Made by a program: the position numbers and the translations under genes. From assembly GCA_054600435.1 (NCBI GenBank), contig BAAIJX010000045.1, positions 124,001 to 187,208 on the forward strand: a DNA stretch of 63,208 bases, written 5' to 3'. Source of the stretch: Neophaeotheca triangularis. Taxonomy: Eukaryota. How positions within the stretch are numbered: the first letter of the stretch is position 1; the number at the start of each line of letters is the position of its first letter. The notes under the pieces are model-generated. The model had not been told where the DNA came from. It saw only the letters and a program-made list of their open reading frames with translations, and ran no database searches. Shown here piece after piece: positions 49,428 to 60,730 of the stretch.

Positions 49428-52400
49428 GTGGGAAGGCGGTGGAAGGGCAAGGTTACGATAGAAGTACTACCGTAAGCCTGGCCAAGAGGAGTGGTGGTGG
49501 TAAGGTCGGGGTAAGGTAGGTATATAAGATCTTGGTTGTTGGAGCGTGGGGGAGGAGGAAAGAGTCGTTGCAGGGAGTCAGTCCGGGGTTGGTGCAGTAG
49601 TAGTAGTAGTAGCGGCAGAAGGCAACAGCCAGCGCGAGAGTGTCACGGGGAGAAGGTGAATGATTCGAGAGTGTAGTGGAGGGTGGTTGTGGTGGTGGTG
49701 GTGGTGGTGTGTATGACTGACTAGATAGACGACGAGGAGATTGGAATGGTGGGATGAGAGTGAGGTAAGGCAGATGGTGGAAAAAAGGAAAGGAACCTGC
49801 CTGAAATGGAGCGCGCAGCAGCCGCAGCGCGATTGCGAAGCGGCCGGGAGTGGGTGCGTGGGGAGACTCCACTTTCCCACCTAGCGCCTCCGATAACACT
49901 CTCACGCTTAGGTAGTACTCACGTCCCTCCCTCTCGACTCTTGACTAAACGAGTCTGTTCCTGCATGACGTTCCCATTCCACACCCCCCCCCCCCTCCCC
50001 TTCTCCTCTTCTTCTCGCTATCGCTGTCGCTGTCGCTGTCTCTTTTCCACGACCGACTCCACCCCACTAATAACTTTACTGCGTCTTAATTCTGGTACCC
50101 CTTCTCCCGCGGCTTCTTTGCAGGTGGCGTGATCGATTGGGAAAGACGATGAAGACGACGACAACAAAATACTGCTCGTCTGACTACATGATTAAGTACA
50201 GCCACAAACGGCCTCGCCTTTCTTATTTTTTATTTTTTTCTCATTTCTTTTTTTGCCTCTATTCCCTGCATCGTCAATATTCATCCTTTGCGCCGAGCCT
50301 CCCACGCATTCGGTCCATCCGCTCCGCTCATCAGGGGCCCCAGAGTCAGCTTGTAACAGGTATCGGAGGTACAGCCACAGACCGAGGGCTGAGTCCGTAT
50401 CTTCCCGGGACTGCCGAATCGCATGTGAGAGACATGGCACGGGTAAAAACTATGAAAATTGCCAACTACTACAATCGAACACTTGTACTGTCGGCAGAAT
50501 TCTTCTTCTTCTTCTTACCGTCTTCTTTGGATATCGCCTTTTGGCCGAGAAAGGTCGGTCATCCCGGCCGAATCTCGTCGCAACTACTCTCAGACCATTT
50601 GAAGGATCTGTTACGTTGGTCCATGTCTCGGCGAAGTAGGGCCGGCTTCATACCGGCGGAAAGGATGGCAAGGGGGAAAAAGGTTTGGAGCAGATTTTCT
50701 AGAAGGATTTTTGACGGCGACAATGTGGAGCTGTCATCTAGTTGCCTTCTGCCGTCAGTTTTGACTACCTACACTGTACGTACCGCTTTGTATCTTCGTC
50801 ATCACGAGCAATCGAGGTCATCCACTGTCATCGCTTTTCACGTGTTAATGTGTGTAGTAATAATAGTAGATGAGGATGCAGCAGCCATGTGTATGTATAT
50901 GCAGTATCGCCGGAACCATGTGCCCGTTGTGAAAGTAATAAGACGTTATCTCCTTTTCACTTCAGTACAAACTCACCGGCTCGTCTTTTAAGCGACACGC
51001 TCTCGATCCGACAACCGCTTCTCATTATCAAACCTCTCTCTCCTCTCACAATCCCGATCCTTGTGTCCATCGAGGTTTTGACAAGAGCCACGGCATGCGT
51101 CATGCGAGGATCTGCCTTCCCGTCAGGTTCTTGGTCGCAGGCTTCCCCAACTTCTCGGCACCCAGACGCGATATTGCGCGAAGTACCAACGTACCCAAAT
51201 CACCACTGTGCGTAGGGCTGTCATGATTGTGTCTGGCGGCTAAAATAATATATCCACGCATGGCGTAGAAGAGTAAACCGTCAGGCTTCAGCGACCATGA
51301 GGTGATTGGGCATCCGCAGTGCAACAAACATCGACGACTCGCCCAGATACCGCCGCCCGCGATAGCCAACGAATATCCGGCAATCGCGCGCCGTCGCTAT
51401 ACGTCCTAGCTATCATTGCGAGCGCACGGCAAAAAGTCCAAAGAATCTAATCTCGATAACAGCAAGCACCAACCAACCCGTGCCATTTTTGGCTGCCTCT
51501 ATAGGCCAGAAACCCGTCACGAACACCCCCGTGTCATGGTGCAGGAGGAGCGCACGCCGGGGGCAGTAGTAGTAATGAATGTCTGGGGTTTGCTTCTTTC
51601 CTCCGCACGTCGCTTACTGCTTGTTGTGTGTTGGCGACTGGTGCCGTTTCTAATGTCCGCGGGATGCCCATTATCGCGAACGCTACTGTACTGTCGGGTT
51701 TCTCAGTGGCTGAGATTGATGCCGGGACGAACAGAACACCCGGCATCGACCCCATCATCATGCGTACAGTATTGTATGTGTCGATGGAATCAAATCCCTC
51801 CGCCACGTCGGGCAGAAACTACGTGTCTCAGTCTCAATTCACAAAACGTCATCACCGCCAGCACTTCTGTACAAGGCTCTCCAATCATCTCAGGCATCAC
51901 TCCCGTCCACGTCTCTGCCACCTATCAAGATCTACGCTCTCGCGTGCGCATCTGTGGGGTGAGGCTGAGGCGTCGTGGAGAAAGGCCGGGCCGTGGGTGG
52001 GATGATGGGAATTGTCGCGAGATTCCTCCGCGCCACGGTGATGATCTGTTTGCGCCATGGATACAAAGAAACTTTCACCAAGCGGACATGAAAGATGTGA
52101 TAAGGTAGGTTAACTTGCGACATGTTTACTCCAAACCCACCACGCTACCTCCAACTGTCCTCACACGTCTCTCGGAGACAACGGCTTCGCCCTCAACACC
52201 CGATCATGTTGCCGACCCGAGCTTCCGGATAGTCTTCGGGCAAGGGCCGCAAGGCGCACAGGATGACCGGCTCTTCTTGGCATTTACTACTCTTCCTACT
52301 AAAAATCGCTGCCCGTTCTATTCCGCGTCGCTCTGTGGGGCTCCAGAAAATTTGAGGCTGCTGACTGATGGCCCTGGTGAGAGTAGATGAAATAAGAATG

Positions 52401-52969
52401 ACGTGCCCGGGCGTGTTTCTTGGCGACGGGACTTGATGTCTGCCCTGCCCATGTGGCTGTGCGCGGTGGTGTTTGCTCTGCCTCGAGAGATTTTGGGCGA
52501 AATGTCTTGGAGGGTGCGAGTCTGAGCTGGACGGTTTGGGTATTGTATGTGAGTGACGGCGGCGCTTCCTTGCGTCTGGACTCCTGAAGTGCCGATCAGA
52601 CGACCGTTGCGTGGCTGGATTGCGTTATCGGTGGGGATATGGCTATCTCTCTGCTGCTCTGCTTGTCTCAGCTGTTGGATTCAGAGTTGAGGGTTGCATG
52701 TGGTACACGGTATCTTGGCTTGGGAGATAATCATGGGAGTGATTGGGTTTTCGTGGGATGGAGGACGCTGCCTCGAGACGAGAGATAAGGTAGGATCTCC
52801 AGACGATCTCGGCAGGGTACTGACTCTTCTCGGAGGAAAGGAGCTCTCAGCTGCCTCTTGGCAAGTCGTTGATGGACAGGAGTAGATGCAACGTGGTCAT
52901 TGAATTGTAGCGAGCGAACAGTGCCGCGAGAGCGGACGTTTTGACAAGACTATCCCCCAAAAACATCCC

Positions 52970-54117
52970 CTACTCCTCATGCTTTCCGCCGCAAGCCTCA
53001 GCCTCAAACTCAGCATCAGGCTGAAACTCATAATAAAGCGTCTCGGGATCACTACCAGCTTCGAATGTAAACCGCGCGCTTTCCTCCGGCACGTAGACTT
53101 TGGGAACGCCATTTGCCGCTGCTGCTTCGACTTTCAGCTGGATCTCGCAGCTCCGCTCCATGAGCGTAAAGAGGTACGCCGCTTCGTCGACTGTGCTGCC
53201 GACGGTAAGGAGACCATGGTTGCGAAGCGTCATGGCTTTGCCTTTGGGGCCGAGAGCGGAAGCTAGGCGCTCGCCTTCTTCGGGCGTGAAGACTACGCCG
53301 CCGAAGTCTTTGTACACGGCTGGTGGGTGGGAGGTGGAGATGGTTAGTGTTGTTGTCGAGGGGAGGATGTGGGTGGAGTGGTGCGTCTTACCTTGCGCAT
53401 CGCCATAGAAGTAACAGGCGTCTTGATTCAGCATCTCAAGCGGCTGGGCGAAAGTACTCCAAGCTTTGCCATTGACGCTGTGGCAATGACAGGCTGCCGT
53501 GACGTCCTCGCGGGCTTTGTGGAGGGCGCTGTGGATGAGAAAACCGGCACCTGGGAGCCGAGAGCGTTAGTCGATAAGTCGAAGAGGCTGAAATATTGAG
53601 GCCTCACCATTCGCCGGCCGTGACAAATTGCCACCCACTGCTTTGCCATCGTAATCGAGCTGTATCATGTCGCTGGCTTTGAGCAGGCCAAAGTGTTTGC
53701 CCAGTGGGTTCGTCCAGAAGCTACTTGACGGTCAGTCTCTTCTTGTCCCCGGCGATTATTAAAGTGTTCTGAAAGCCTACAGATGTGGGTACTCAGGATC
53801 CCTCACGCTGATGTGACCCGACATGCCCTCCGTGTATCCCTTCCTCGAGAATACCCGAAAAGCCAGGGCCTAGGCCATACTGTCAGCTTCTGTCAATGAC
53901 CGGGCAGTCAGTAGTCTTCCCTTACCATGTGTGATAGCATCCATCGCCTGTGCTGGTCGAAAGTAGGAAATGTGGGAATGCCGGGGAGCGTTTGGCCCTG
54001 GCAGATCAGTTCGAGCGGCGTCTTCTCCTTCTTCTCGAGCTCTTCTGCGTGCGGAATGGTGGGTTTGACATGCACGGGTACCTCCACGTCGGTCGTTGAT
54101 ACAGCCGAAGGCGCCAT
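52970..54117 (-). CDS. Class II aldolase/adducin-family protein
   Basis: Spliced over four introns: [53 protein letters not shown]...CHCHS and [20 protein letters not shown]. Confidence 0.9.
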
Positions 54118-54612
54118 GATGACGGGTTGCTTCGTCGTTTCTTGGTGGCGAATGGGGATGTAGAAAGCGCCGAGTGTGGATGTTCGAGATGGGAAGGAAA
54201 GGAGAAGTCTACTACCTTGCGAGCATTCAATGAGTGATGAGAATATATTCTTCTCTCTCGGTGCCACGCCGTGCACGCCCTGTCGATACCCGATAAGATG
54301 ACATGCAGGGTCGGGGTGAGGTGCGCTTGTCCAGGTGCCCAGGTGTGGAGAGTGGAGAGAGCTCCAGCGGGCCGTAGAAGAACGAACCTCACCTTACATT
54401 ATTAGTTGTACCTTACAGTATCAAATTCATTGCAGTCCGGGGCCTCTTATGCCAGGAAACAGTAGTACACAGTGACGTGAGAAAACATGCTTGAGATCTT
54501 TGATTCTGATTGGCAGCATATCTAGGTCAAAGTTACAACAATACCTATAAGGTACCGGAGCCACTCCTCTGATGCTGCCTCACCACCGTTCTGGACTGCC
54601 CTCTCCGCGCCG

Positions 54613-57192
54613 CTATTTCGCAGTCGCCGTGTTGCCCGCCTTCATAATGCTAGTAATGACCTCTCTGTCAGTCGACTCCCTATACCTCTCCCTATTGGCC
54701 GCATTCTCGTCGTTGCCAAAAATCGCATCCCTCTCCCCTCGCTTCCTCTGTTGCACCCCGCGTATCCTATCCTCGAAACTTTGCTGAGCATTGGCATAAT
54801 GAACCGTGACTATGTTTGGGTTACCGATCCGGGCTGCTCTGGAGATGCAGTGATCTTCCACACTCGGATTCCAACCAGGCTCGACGAAAAAGACTTCACT
54901 TGCGTGGACAAGATTCAACCCTTCGCCGGCCACCTTTGTGGTGCAGAGCATGATGCGGGGGTTGGGTTCGTCGACGGTATAGTCTTTGCCGACTTCCTCG
55001 AACAAATCCGTCACTTTCTTCCTTTCGTCAATGGATAAGAGCCCGCTGAAGCGTAGAACGGGAAGATTGATCACTTCACGAATGCCCTGATGGACAATAT
55101 CCAATGCCGCCAAATACTCGGAAAAGATGATGATTTTGTGAGTGGCAAGGTATCTTCTACGCTCGGAAGCGGTCGGGAGGGCCATGGCTGCGCTGCCGAT
55201 GGTTTGGAGGGCGACATCCAAGAAATGGATCAAGACGTCCATCTTTTCCGACCACCATTCATATTTTTTCGCTTGGAGGCTGTTGATGAAGAGTTGACGA
55301 TTCTTCGCATTCGTCGATGTACGATGGGGCGCAATCTCAATCTCCAAGTCGTCCGAATTGTCGTGTTGGGTTGCCGGCAAGCCCACGTCCTCGCCCAATC
55401 CCCGCTGGTATGCCTCTTCATCAAAGGGCAACAAATCGTTGCTCGTATCATCGGAATATTTGGCTTCGATCAGACGGAGATGGATACAATTCATCCTTGC
55501 CTCGTGCATGATTTTGAAGGCGGCCCCTTTTCCGCCTTGCCCTTCTACTTCTCCTTCTCCGCCCGATGCTTGTGGGTCTTTTTCTTTTGCTTCTTTTGCT
55601 TCTTTCGCCCTTTTAATCTTCTGCAACTTGTCCCACATGTCAATGCTCTTTACTTGCGTCTTTTGGGTTTTGCTGCCGAGATCGAAGAGCCAGATTTCGG
55701 TTGCATAATGCGGCACATTGGTTATGCGACGACCTTGGAAAATGTCGAAACGTTTCCTGCAGACGGTGACGAGCGACAAGACGGCTCCCAGGCAAAACAG
55801 TCTGAATACCGGTCCATCGCCCGATGCCGAGGGTTTGAGCTTGGTTTTGAACAATCCGTTGAACGTGTTGATGTTGCGCCAAGGCTTCAACCGCAAGAAC
55901 CTCAACAGGGAGAAGATGTCGGTGAGTCTGTTTTGATGTGGCGTGCCGGTCAACGCAAGCCTTTGATCGGCTTTGAAGTCTACCAATGCCAATGCGCGTT
56001 TGGAGTTTGGGTTTCGAATGTGGTGGGCTTCGTCCAAGATGAGCAGGCTCCATTTGATATTGAGCAGCGGCGCGTCTACCGGGTCCATCTTGGGCATCTC
56101 CGGCTTGCGCGCCCTGGCCCCCTTTTGTTCGGCAATCTTACGCTGGACGTATACGAAAGTGCTGGTGGCCCCATCGGCTTCCATTTGCCAGTAGTACTGA
56201 ACCTCCTTCGCCTCCGTCCACTGCTGGCAAACCAGATCATAGGTCGTCAGGACCACGTCAAAGTCTGCCCATTGCTTGACCCCCCACTGGAGTGTCCTTC
56301 TGGAGGCGGTGCGTTGATTGAGAACCTTCACATCGGCCTTTTCGAACGCTTGCACCCAGTTGTCGAGGAGAGACAGGGGCATGACAACCAAGACGGGCAT
56401 GTGTCGGTTTCCCTTGGCGTCCGTTGGGCCTCGTTTGTTCAGCATGCGTTGGACGAGTGCCACTGTCGTATACGTCTTGCCAGTTCCCATTTCGTCGGCC
56501 AAGAGGGCGCCACTGTGCTCTTGCAGCAAATGCTCCAACTGGCCCACCCCTTCGCGCTGATGATCAAACAGTGTGACCCTTTCGAACCCTGGCACAGATG
56601 CTGGAATCGATCGCCCGTGGTCGGTGAACCTCGTCTTGTCGGCATACATTCGCGCCAAACCCTTGCTGTAGCTCTCCCAAACCTCTTCGTAATCGTCACC
56701 CGTCCCTTCCTGGTTGAATTGCTCAATGTTCTCGCTGGGTAGGTATTTCTTCTTCTTGAGTTTTCTCAAGATTTGCGCCTTGGATGGATTGGCATTGCCA
56801 ATCAAGTGACCATCCGCCTCCAGCAGTGCCTTGGCTTCAGCCATGTCGACATCCTCTCCAGCCATTCCTTTGGCACGAATAATGTACTGCTCATTCTTTC
56901 TCAATTGCTCGAGATTGGCTTCGGACAGTGCTGCGCGTGCCTCTTCTTTCTCGGCTCCTTCCTCCATTCCCTGGATCCTCATAAACTCCGTTTCGTACCG
57001 TCGTTTTGCAGTGTTCAGCCATCCTGAACAGGGAACTTGGAATGGTTCCTCCTGCAAAAGTGATTCGAATTCCGCTTGCCATGAAGGTTCGGGCACATTC
57101 AGGGGTGGTGCCAGGACATATTCCTGTTGCATCGGCATTGGGAGTTGTCTCGCGTAGTAATCAGGGTCGAAAGGAATGTCGTTGGTAGACAT
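54613..57192 (-). CDS. Divergent intronless SNF2-family ATPase (Rad5/Rad16/Lodestar-like core, no RING)
   Basis: LFDHQREG, LLADEMGTGKT, DVVLTTYD, LILDEAHHIRN, LALTGTPHQNRLTDIFSLLRFL, KIIIFSEY, GEGLNLVHASEVFFVEPGWNP and SRAARIG. Confidence 0.9.
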   Translation of the reverse strand: MSTNDIPFDPDYYARQLPMPMQQEYVLAPPLNVPEPSWQAEFESLLQEEPFQVPCSGWLNTAKRRYETEFMRIQGMEEGAEKEEARAALSEANLEQLRKNEQYIIRAKGMAGEDVDMAEAKALLEADGHLIGNANPSKAQILRKLKKKKYLPSENIEQFNQEGTGDDYEEVWESYSKGLARMYADKTRFTDHGRSIPASVPGFERVTLFDHQREGVGQLEHLLQEHSGALLADEMGTGKTYTTVALVQRMLNKRGPTDAKGNRHMPVLVVMPLSLLDNWVQAFEKADVKVLNQRTASRRTLQWGVKQWADFDVVLTTYDLVCQQWTEAKEVQYYWQMEADGATSTFVYVQRKIAEQKGARARKPEMPKMDPVDAPLLNIKWSLLILDEAHHIRNPNSKRALALVDFKADQRLALTGTPHQNRLTDIFSLLRFLRLKPWRNINTFNGLFKTKLKPSASGDGPVFRLFCLGAVLSLVTVCRKRFDIFQGRRITNVPHYATEIWLFDLGSKTQKTQVKSIDMWDKLQKIKRAKEAKEAKEKDPQASGGEGEVEGQGGKGAAFKIMHEARMNCIHLRLIEAKYSDDTSNDLLPFDEEAYQRGLGEDVGLPATQHDNSDDLEIEIAPHRTSTNAKNRQLFINSLQAKKYEWWSEKMDVLIHFLDVALQTIGSAAMALPTASERRRYLATHKIIIFSEYLAALDIVHQGIREVINLPVLRFSGLLSIDERKKVTDLFEEVGKDYTVDEPNPRIMLCTTKVAGEGLNLVHASEVFFVEPGWNPSVEDHCISRAARIGNPNIVTVHYANAQQSFEDRIRGVQQRKRGERDAIFGNDENAANRERYRESTDREVITSIMKAGNTATAK

Positions 57193-57209
57193 TTTTGCTG
57201 GGGAAAAGG

Positions 57210-57554
57210 TGGAGGATGAGGAGAAGGAGGTGGTGATGTTGTAAGAGAGAGAAGGAGAACAGCCTTTTTATCTTCTCACCAGGCACGGACCAGTTTGGTT
57301 TGCGCGGTGGAGGAGGAGGAGGTGGAGGAGGTGGTGGTGGTGGTGGTGATGTTGTAGGAGAGAGAAAGAAAGGAAAGGGGCAAGGCCTTTTTATCTTCTC
57401 ACCAGGCACGGACCAGTTTGGTTTGCGTGGTGGGGGAGGAGGAGGAGGAGGAGGGGGAGGAGGAGGTGGTGGTGATGTTGTAAGAGAGAGAAAGAAAAGG
57501 AAAGGGGCAAGGCCTTTTTGTATTCTCACCAGGCACGGACCAATTTGGTTTGCG
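57210..57554. repeat. Three tandem copies (periods 123 and 127 nt) of a promoter-like unit upstream of the SNF2 gene
   Basis: Core TTCTCACCAGGCACGGACCA(G/A)TTTGGTTTGCG at 57273, 57396 and 57523. Each is preceded by GGA/GGT runs and GGTGGTGATGTTGTA. Confidence 0.92.
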
Positions 57555-57735
57555 TCGATATTGAAGTCAAAACGTCAATATCGAAGTAGATAGGCTCGTC
57601 AATATGGAGCTCTTTGCTTTCACTTGTCGTTCCAAGTGAGTTTATGCTCGATATTGAAACCTCGATATTGAAACCCCAATATCAAGTTCATCCAAAAGTG
57701 GAGTAGCGTGACTTCCGTGCTCGCGCTTTATATCT
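57555..57735. promoter_or_regulatory. Cluster of six TCRATATYGA-like quasi-palindromes plus TATA-like element (module A)
   Basis: Sites at 57555, 57575, 57599, 57648, 57662 and 57676, then GCTTTATATC at about 57725 followed by a CT-rich tract. Confidence 0.65.
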
Positions 57736-57825
57736 TTCCCATTTCCACCCACCTTTTCCTTTTCTTCTACAACCAAACCTCACCCGCCGCCTCCACCGCC
57801 GCCTCCCTCCCTCCTCCCACTAGCA

Positions 57826-58220
57826 ATGCCGTCATCTTCAATACCCTTCCAACCACAACTCCAGAGGCTCGAGCCGGTGCTTGTCGTGTTTTGTCCGTTG
57901 ACAAAATCAAAGTTCATGATGTCGGTGAATTTGTCGGCATCAGTGTTGCCGTTGTCGCCATCAAATATGGGGATGCCGCCCTTGTAGCCATCCGAGGTGT
58001 TGCCGCCCTTGTAGCCATCAGAGGTGTTGCCGCCGTTGTCGACATAGCCGCCATGAGAGATGAATCAACGTCCATGATGTCGAGGGGTTGCCGCCATCAG
58101 GAGTGTTGTCGTTGCCGTTGCCGTTGCCACCATTGTCGCCATCCGAGATAATCTCACCATCGAATGTGGTGATGCCGCCGTTTCACAATTTTGGCTTACA
58201 AACGACGAGGCTATGGTGAA
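57826..58220 (+). pseudogene. Decayed Pro/Ser-rich ORF with 27-bp internal repeat
   Basis: ATG 57826 after TATA and CT tract: MPSSSIPFQPQLQRLEPV...MPPL*PSEVLPPL*PSEVLPPLS, later LPPLSPSEIISPSN. It has in-frame stops and frame disruption. Strand is uncertain, since the opposite strand reads as G/N/D repeats. Confidence 0.35.
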
Positions 58221-58440
58221 AAAGATTGCCAATTTATTGGGCAAGGGTTTGTATATGCCGAGTCGGGGTGCAGAAGCCAAAGATGATGGCCGGGATGAGG
58301 GCTGGAGGTGGTAACCGGGACAAGGGCTAGGGTGAGGGCGGACATGATGACGGAGATTATGACCTAGGTAGTGGTGAAGGACTCCCAGAAACAAGCGCTT
58401 GCCATGTCTCTTCTGCTTCCGGCTACCTATTACTCATGTT

Positions 58441-59656
58441 CTACAGATCCAGGAACATGTCCACGCTGTCCCTACTGTAAGCCGTCGTACCATTGACATC
58501 GAAGAGAATCGCATCGGCGCAACTGCTTCCCACGGCAGGGTTCGTCGCCCAAGCAGCCTCCCAGTAGCTAATGCCCTGTCCTAATCTATTTGGCAAGCCC
58601 TGAAGGACGTCGATGATCCTACCAACCCACTCTAACTGCCCAGCCACCGATTGGGGGATGTTTGGCTCACTTAACTCCGGGGCGCCCTCGTTGTCGCAGA
58701 CCACAGGCCAGTCCGTCTCAACGACATGGATGGGTTTGCTATAGTTTTGTGCAATGGAGGTAAGCGAGTCGTCTAAGGCTGCAATCGTGGCACCTGTGCC
58801 GTAGTAGGGGTAGATGGTAAAGCCAAAGATATCCCAGTCATCCTCTTCAACAATTCCGGTCCCAACCAGGGCGTCAAACCATCGGTCCTGGATGGTACGG
58901 TTCCAGCCATTGTCGGTGTGAATCATGACCAAGGGCTCATTGACGCCAGCTGCCACCGCATCACGAACGCCATTCCGTGCTGCCGTGTAGACTTGAGCAA
59001 AGCCTGTGAAATTGGCGATACGTTCTTCCCTGGGCTCGATGTTGATATCGACTCGACCAAAGGGCCAGAGCATGCCGAAGCGAATCTCGTTGCCGAGGCT
59101 AACCATTGCAAGGTCAATGCCTTCGTCCGAGAATGACTGCAAAGTTGAGGCCACGTAGTCGCGAAGGGTTTCCAGCATGGGTTCGAGTGTCGTTGGCCAG
59201 CCGTTGGGGATGTTTTGCGTGCCTGGATCGGCCCAGGTAGAGCTGAAGTCTGTTGGCGAGTTAGATGTACGGTCTCTCGCGGCGATGAAAGGGTTTGGGC
59301 TTACGATAGTTGAGATAGATCTTGTAACCCTTGTCATTCAGCCTCTTGGCCAAATTCAAGGTGTAGTTAAGTCCATGGGCGCCATCGCCGCCAACAGGAT
59401 CGACCCACAAGCGAAGGCGAACAGTGTTCATGCCACCATCTCCGAGAATATCTTCTGCCGGCCTGATGGTGTCGTTACGGGCGGAGTCTCTGAAGACATA
59501 TCCGGCTTCTTCCACGGTCAGCAGAGACGAAAGGTCGTGGCCTGCGTAAAAGAACGGCTCGGTATCGTTACTGTAGCGACCGGCTGGGCCTTGGGGAAGG
59601 GCAAGGCTCGGCCAAGTCAAAAGAAAAAGACTCAAGAGGCTCGTGAGGAAGTTCAT
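58441..59656 (-). CDS. GH53 endo-beta-1,4-galactanase, secreted
   Basis: Signal peptide, GHDLSSL, GMNTVRLRLWVDP, YLNY|HFSSTWADPG (intron 59250-59304), acid/base SLGNEIR and nucleophile VVETDWP. Confidence 0.93.
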
Positions 59657-60602
59657 GGTCAACCAATATCCTCAAACGAGGAAGGAGAGCACCGAAGGTA
59701 TGTGAAGTTGCCTTTTTTGGTAGCCAAAGAGAGCAGAGTTGATCACGCTGCCTGTCATCAGCACCCGCCTCTTATAGCAGCGTGCCCAGACAACATGGGG
59801 ACAGTGGAGGACTCGAGGGCCACGAGGGTGCGTTTGGAGGAGTATTGCATGCTGCAGTCTAGCCGGGATACTACAGGTGCGTGTCAGCAGTATCAGTAAC
59901 ATCCTTCTACACATGAAGCCGTATGGGGAACTAATGCCATGCTTATATGCAGCATGACCGACGGCCAAGGTGAGAGATACTCCGGGCGGTCCTATCGTGA
60001 AGCAATGGATGCACCTCTTCTCCGCAAGCAGCGCATACGGCAAAGTGGAGGGGAAGAGGATCGTCTGGTGTCGAGGAGACAAAGCTACTTGTACCGACCA
60101 GGGAGAGGTCTTCTTCTCGGAGCTCGGGTATAAAGCGCCCGAGCGACCGTGCACCAACCGGGACAGGAAATATTCAACGACACCTGATCTTCTATATAGC
60201 GAACCACTCTGCATCGAAGCCTCGAAAATGTCATTTCTGCAGTCTCTTCTCGGCTCGTAAAGAGGGTTCTATAGAGACGGTCGTGCCTAGAATCTCGGAG
60301 CAATCACGCCGGCATCGAGCAGGTTAAATGGCTATAACAACGTGCTCGTATCTTTTTCTTCACTGTTCGCCGGAGGCTTAGAGCCCACATGCTTCTAAAT
60401 ACTTCCCGTTCTTCCTATCTAGGAGTAATTAGTATCTCTCAAGCATTGCTACGCTAAACTGCGTCGTTCTTCGCATCGCTCCGAGACAGTCATGCTTTAG
60501 TACCTAGTGACGTCTACGAACTAATTAAATAGGTTGTCGAGATACTATATAAGTAGTAGAAGCTGTAGACGGGCCCGCGGACCCAAGAGCACCGCACCTA
60601 TG

Positions 60603-60730
60603 GAAAATCAAACCATCCTGCTAGATGTTACCGTCTCTCTAGAATATCAAATCATCCCGCTAAAGATTACATTTACCGTACCTCTAGAAAATCGTCATAT
60701 CCCCGTCTAAACCCCTCCTCTAAACCCCTC
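60603..60730. repeat. Short degenerate direct repeats in a TpA-rich region
   Basis: gaaaatcaaaccatcctgcta...ttaccgtctctctagaa is repeated as gaatatcaaatcatcccgcta...ttaccgtacctctagaa, followed by tctaaacccctc twice. Confidence 0.55.

Noticed and set aside
50137..52108. 284-aa and 230-aa ORFs upstream of creA
   Set aside because: They run through poly-T and simple-repeat tracts and lack codon bias or domains, so they are more likely promoter/UTR sequence.
55090..56742. 550-aa ORF antisense to the SNF2 gene
   Set aside because: It is fully nested opposite a motif-complete gene, has shadow-like composition and no recognisable domain. Only stranded RNA-seq or proteomics could revive it.
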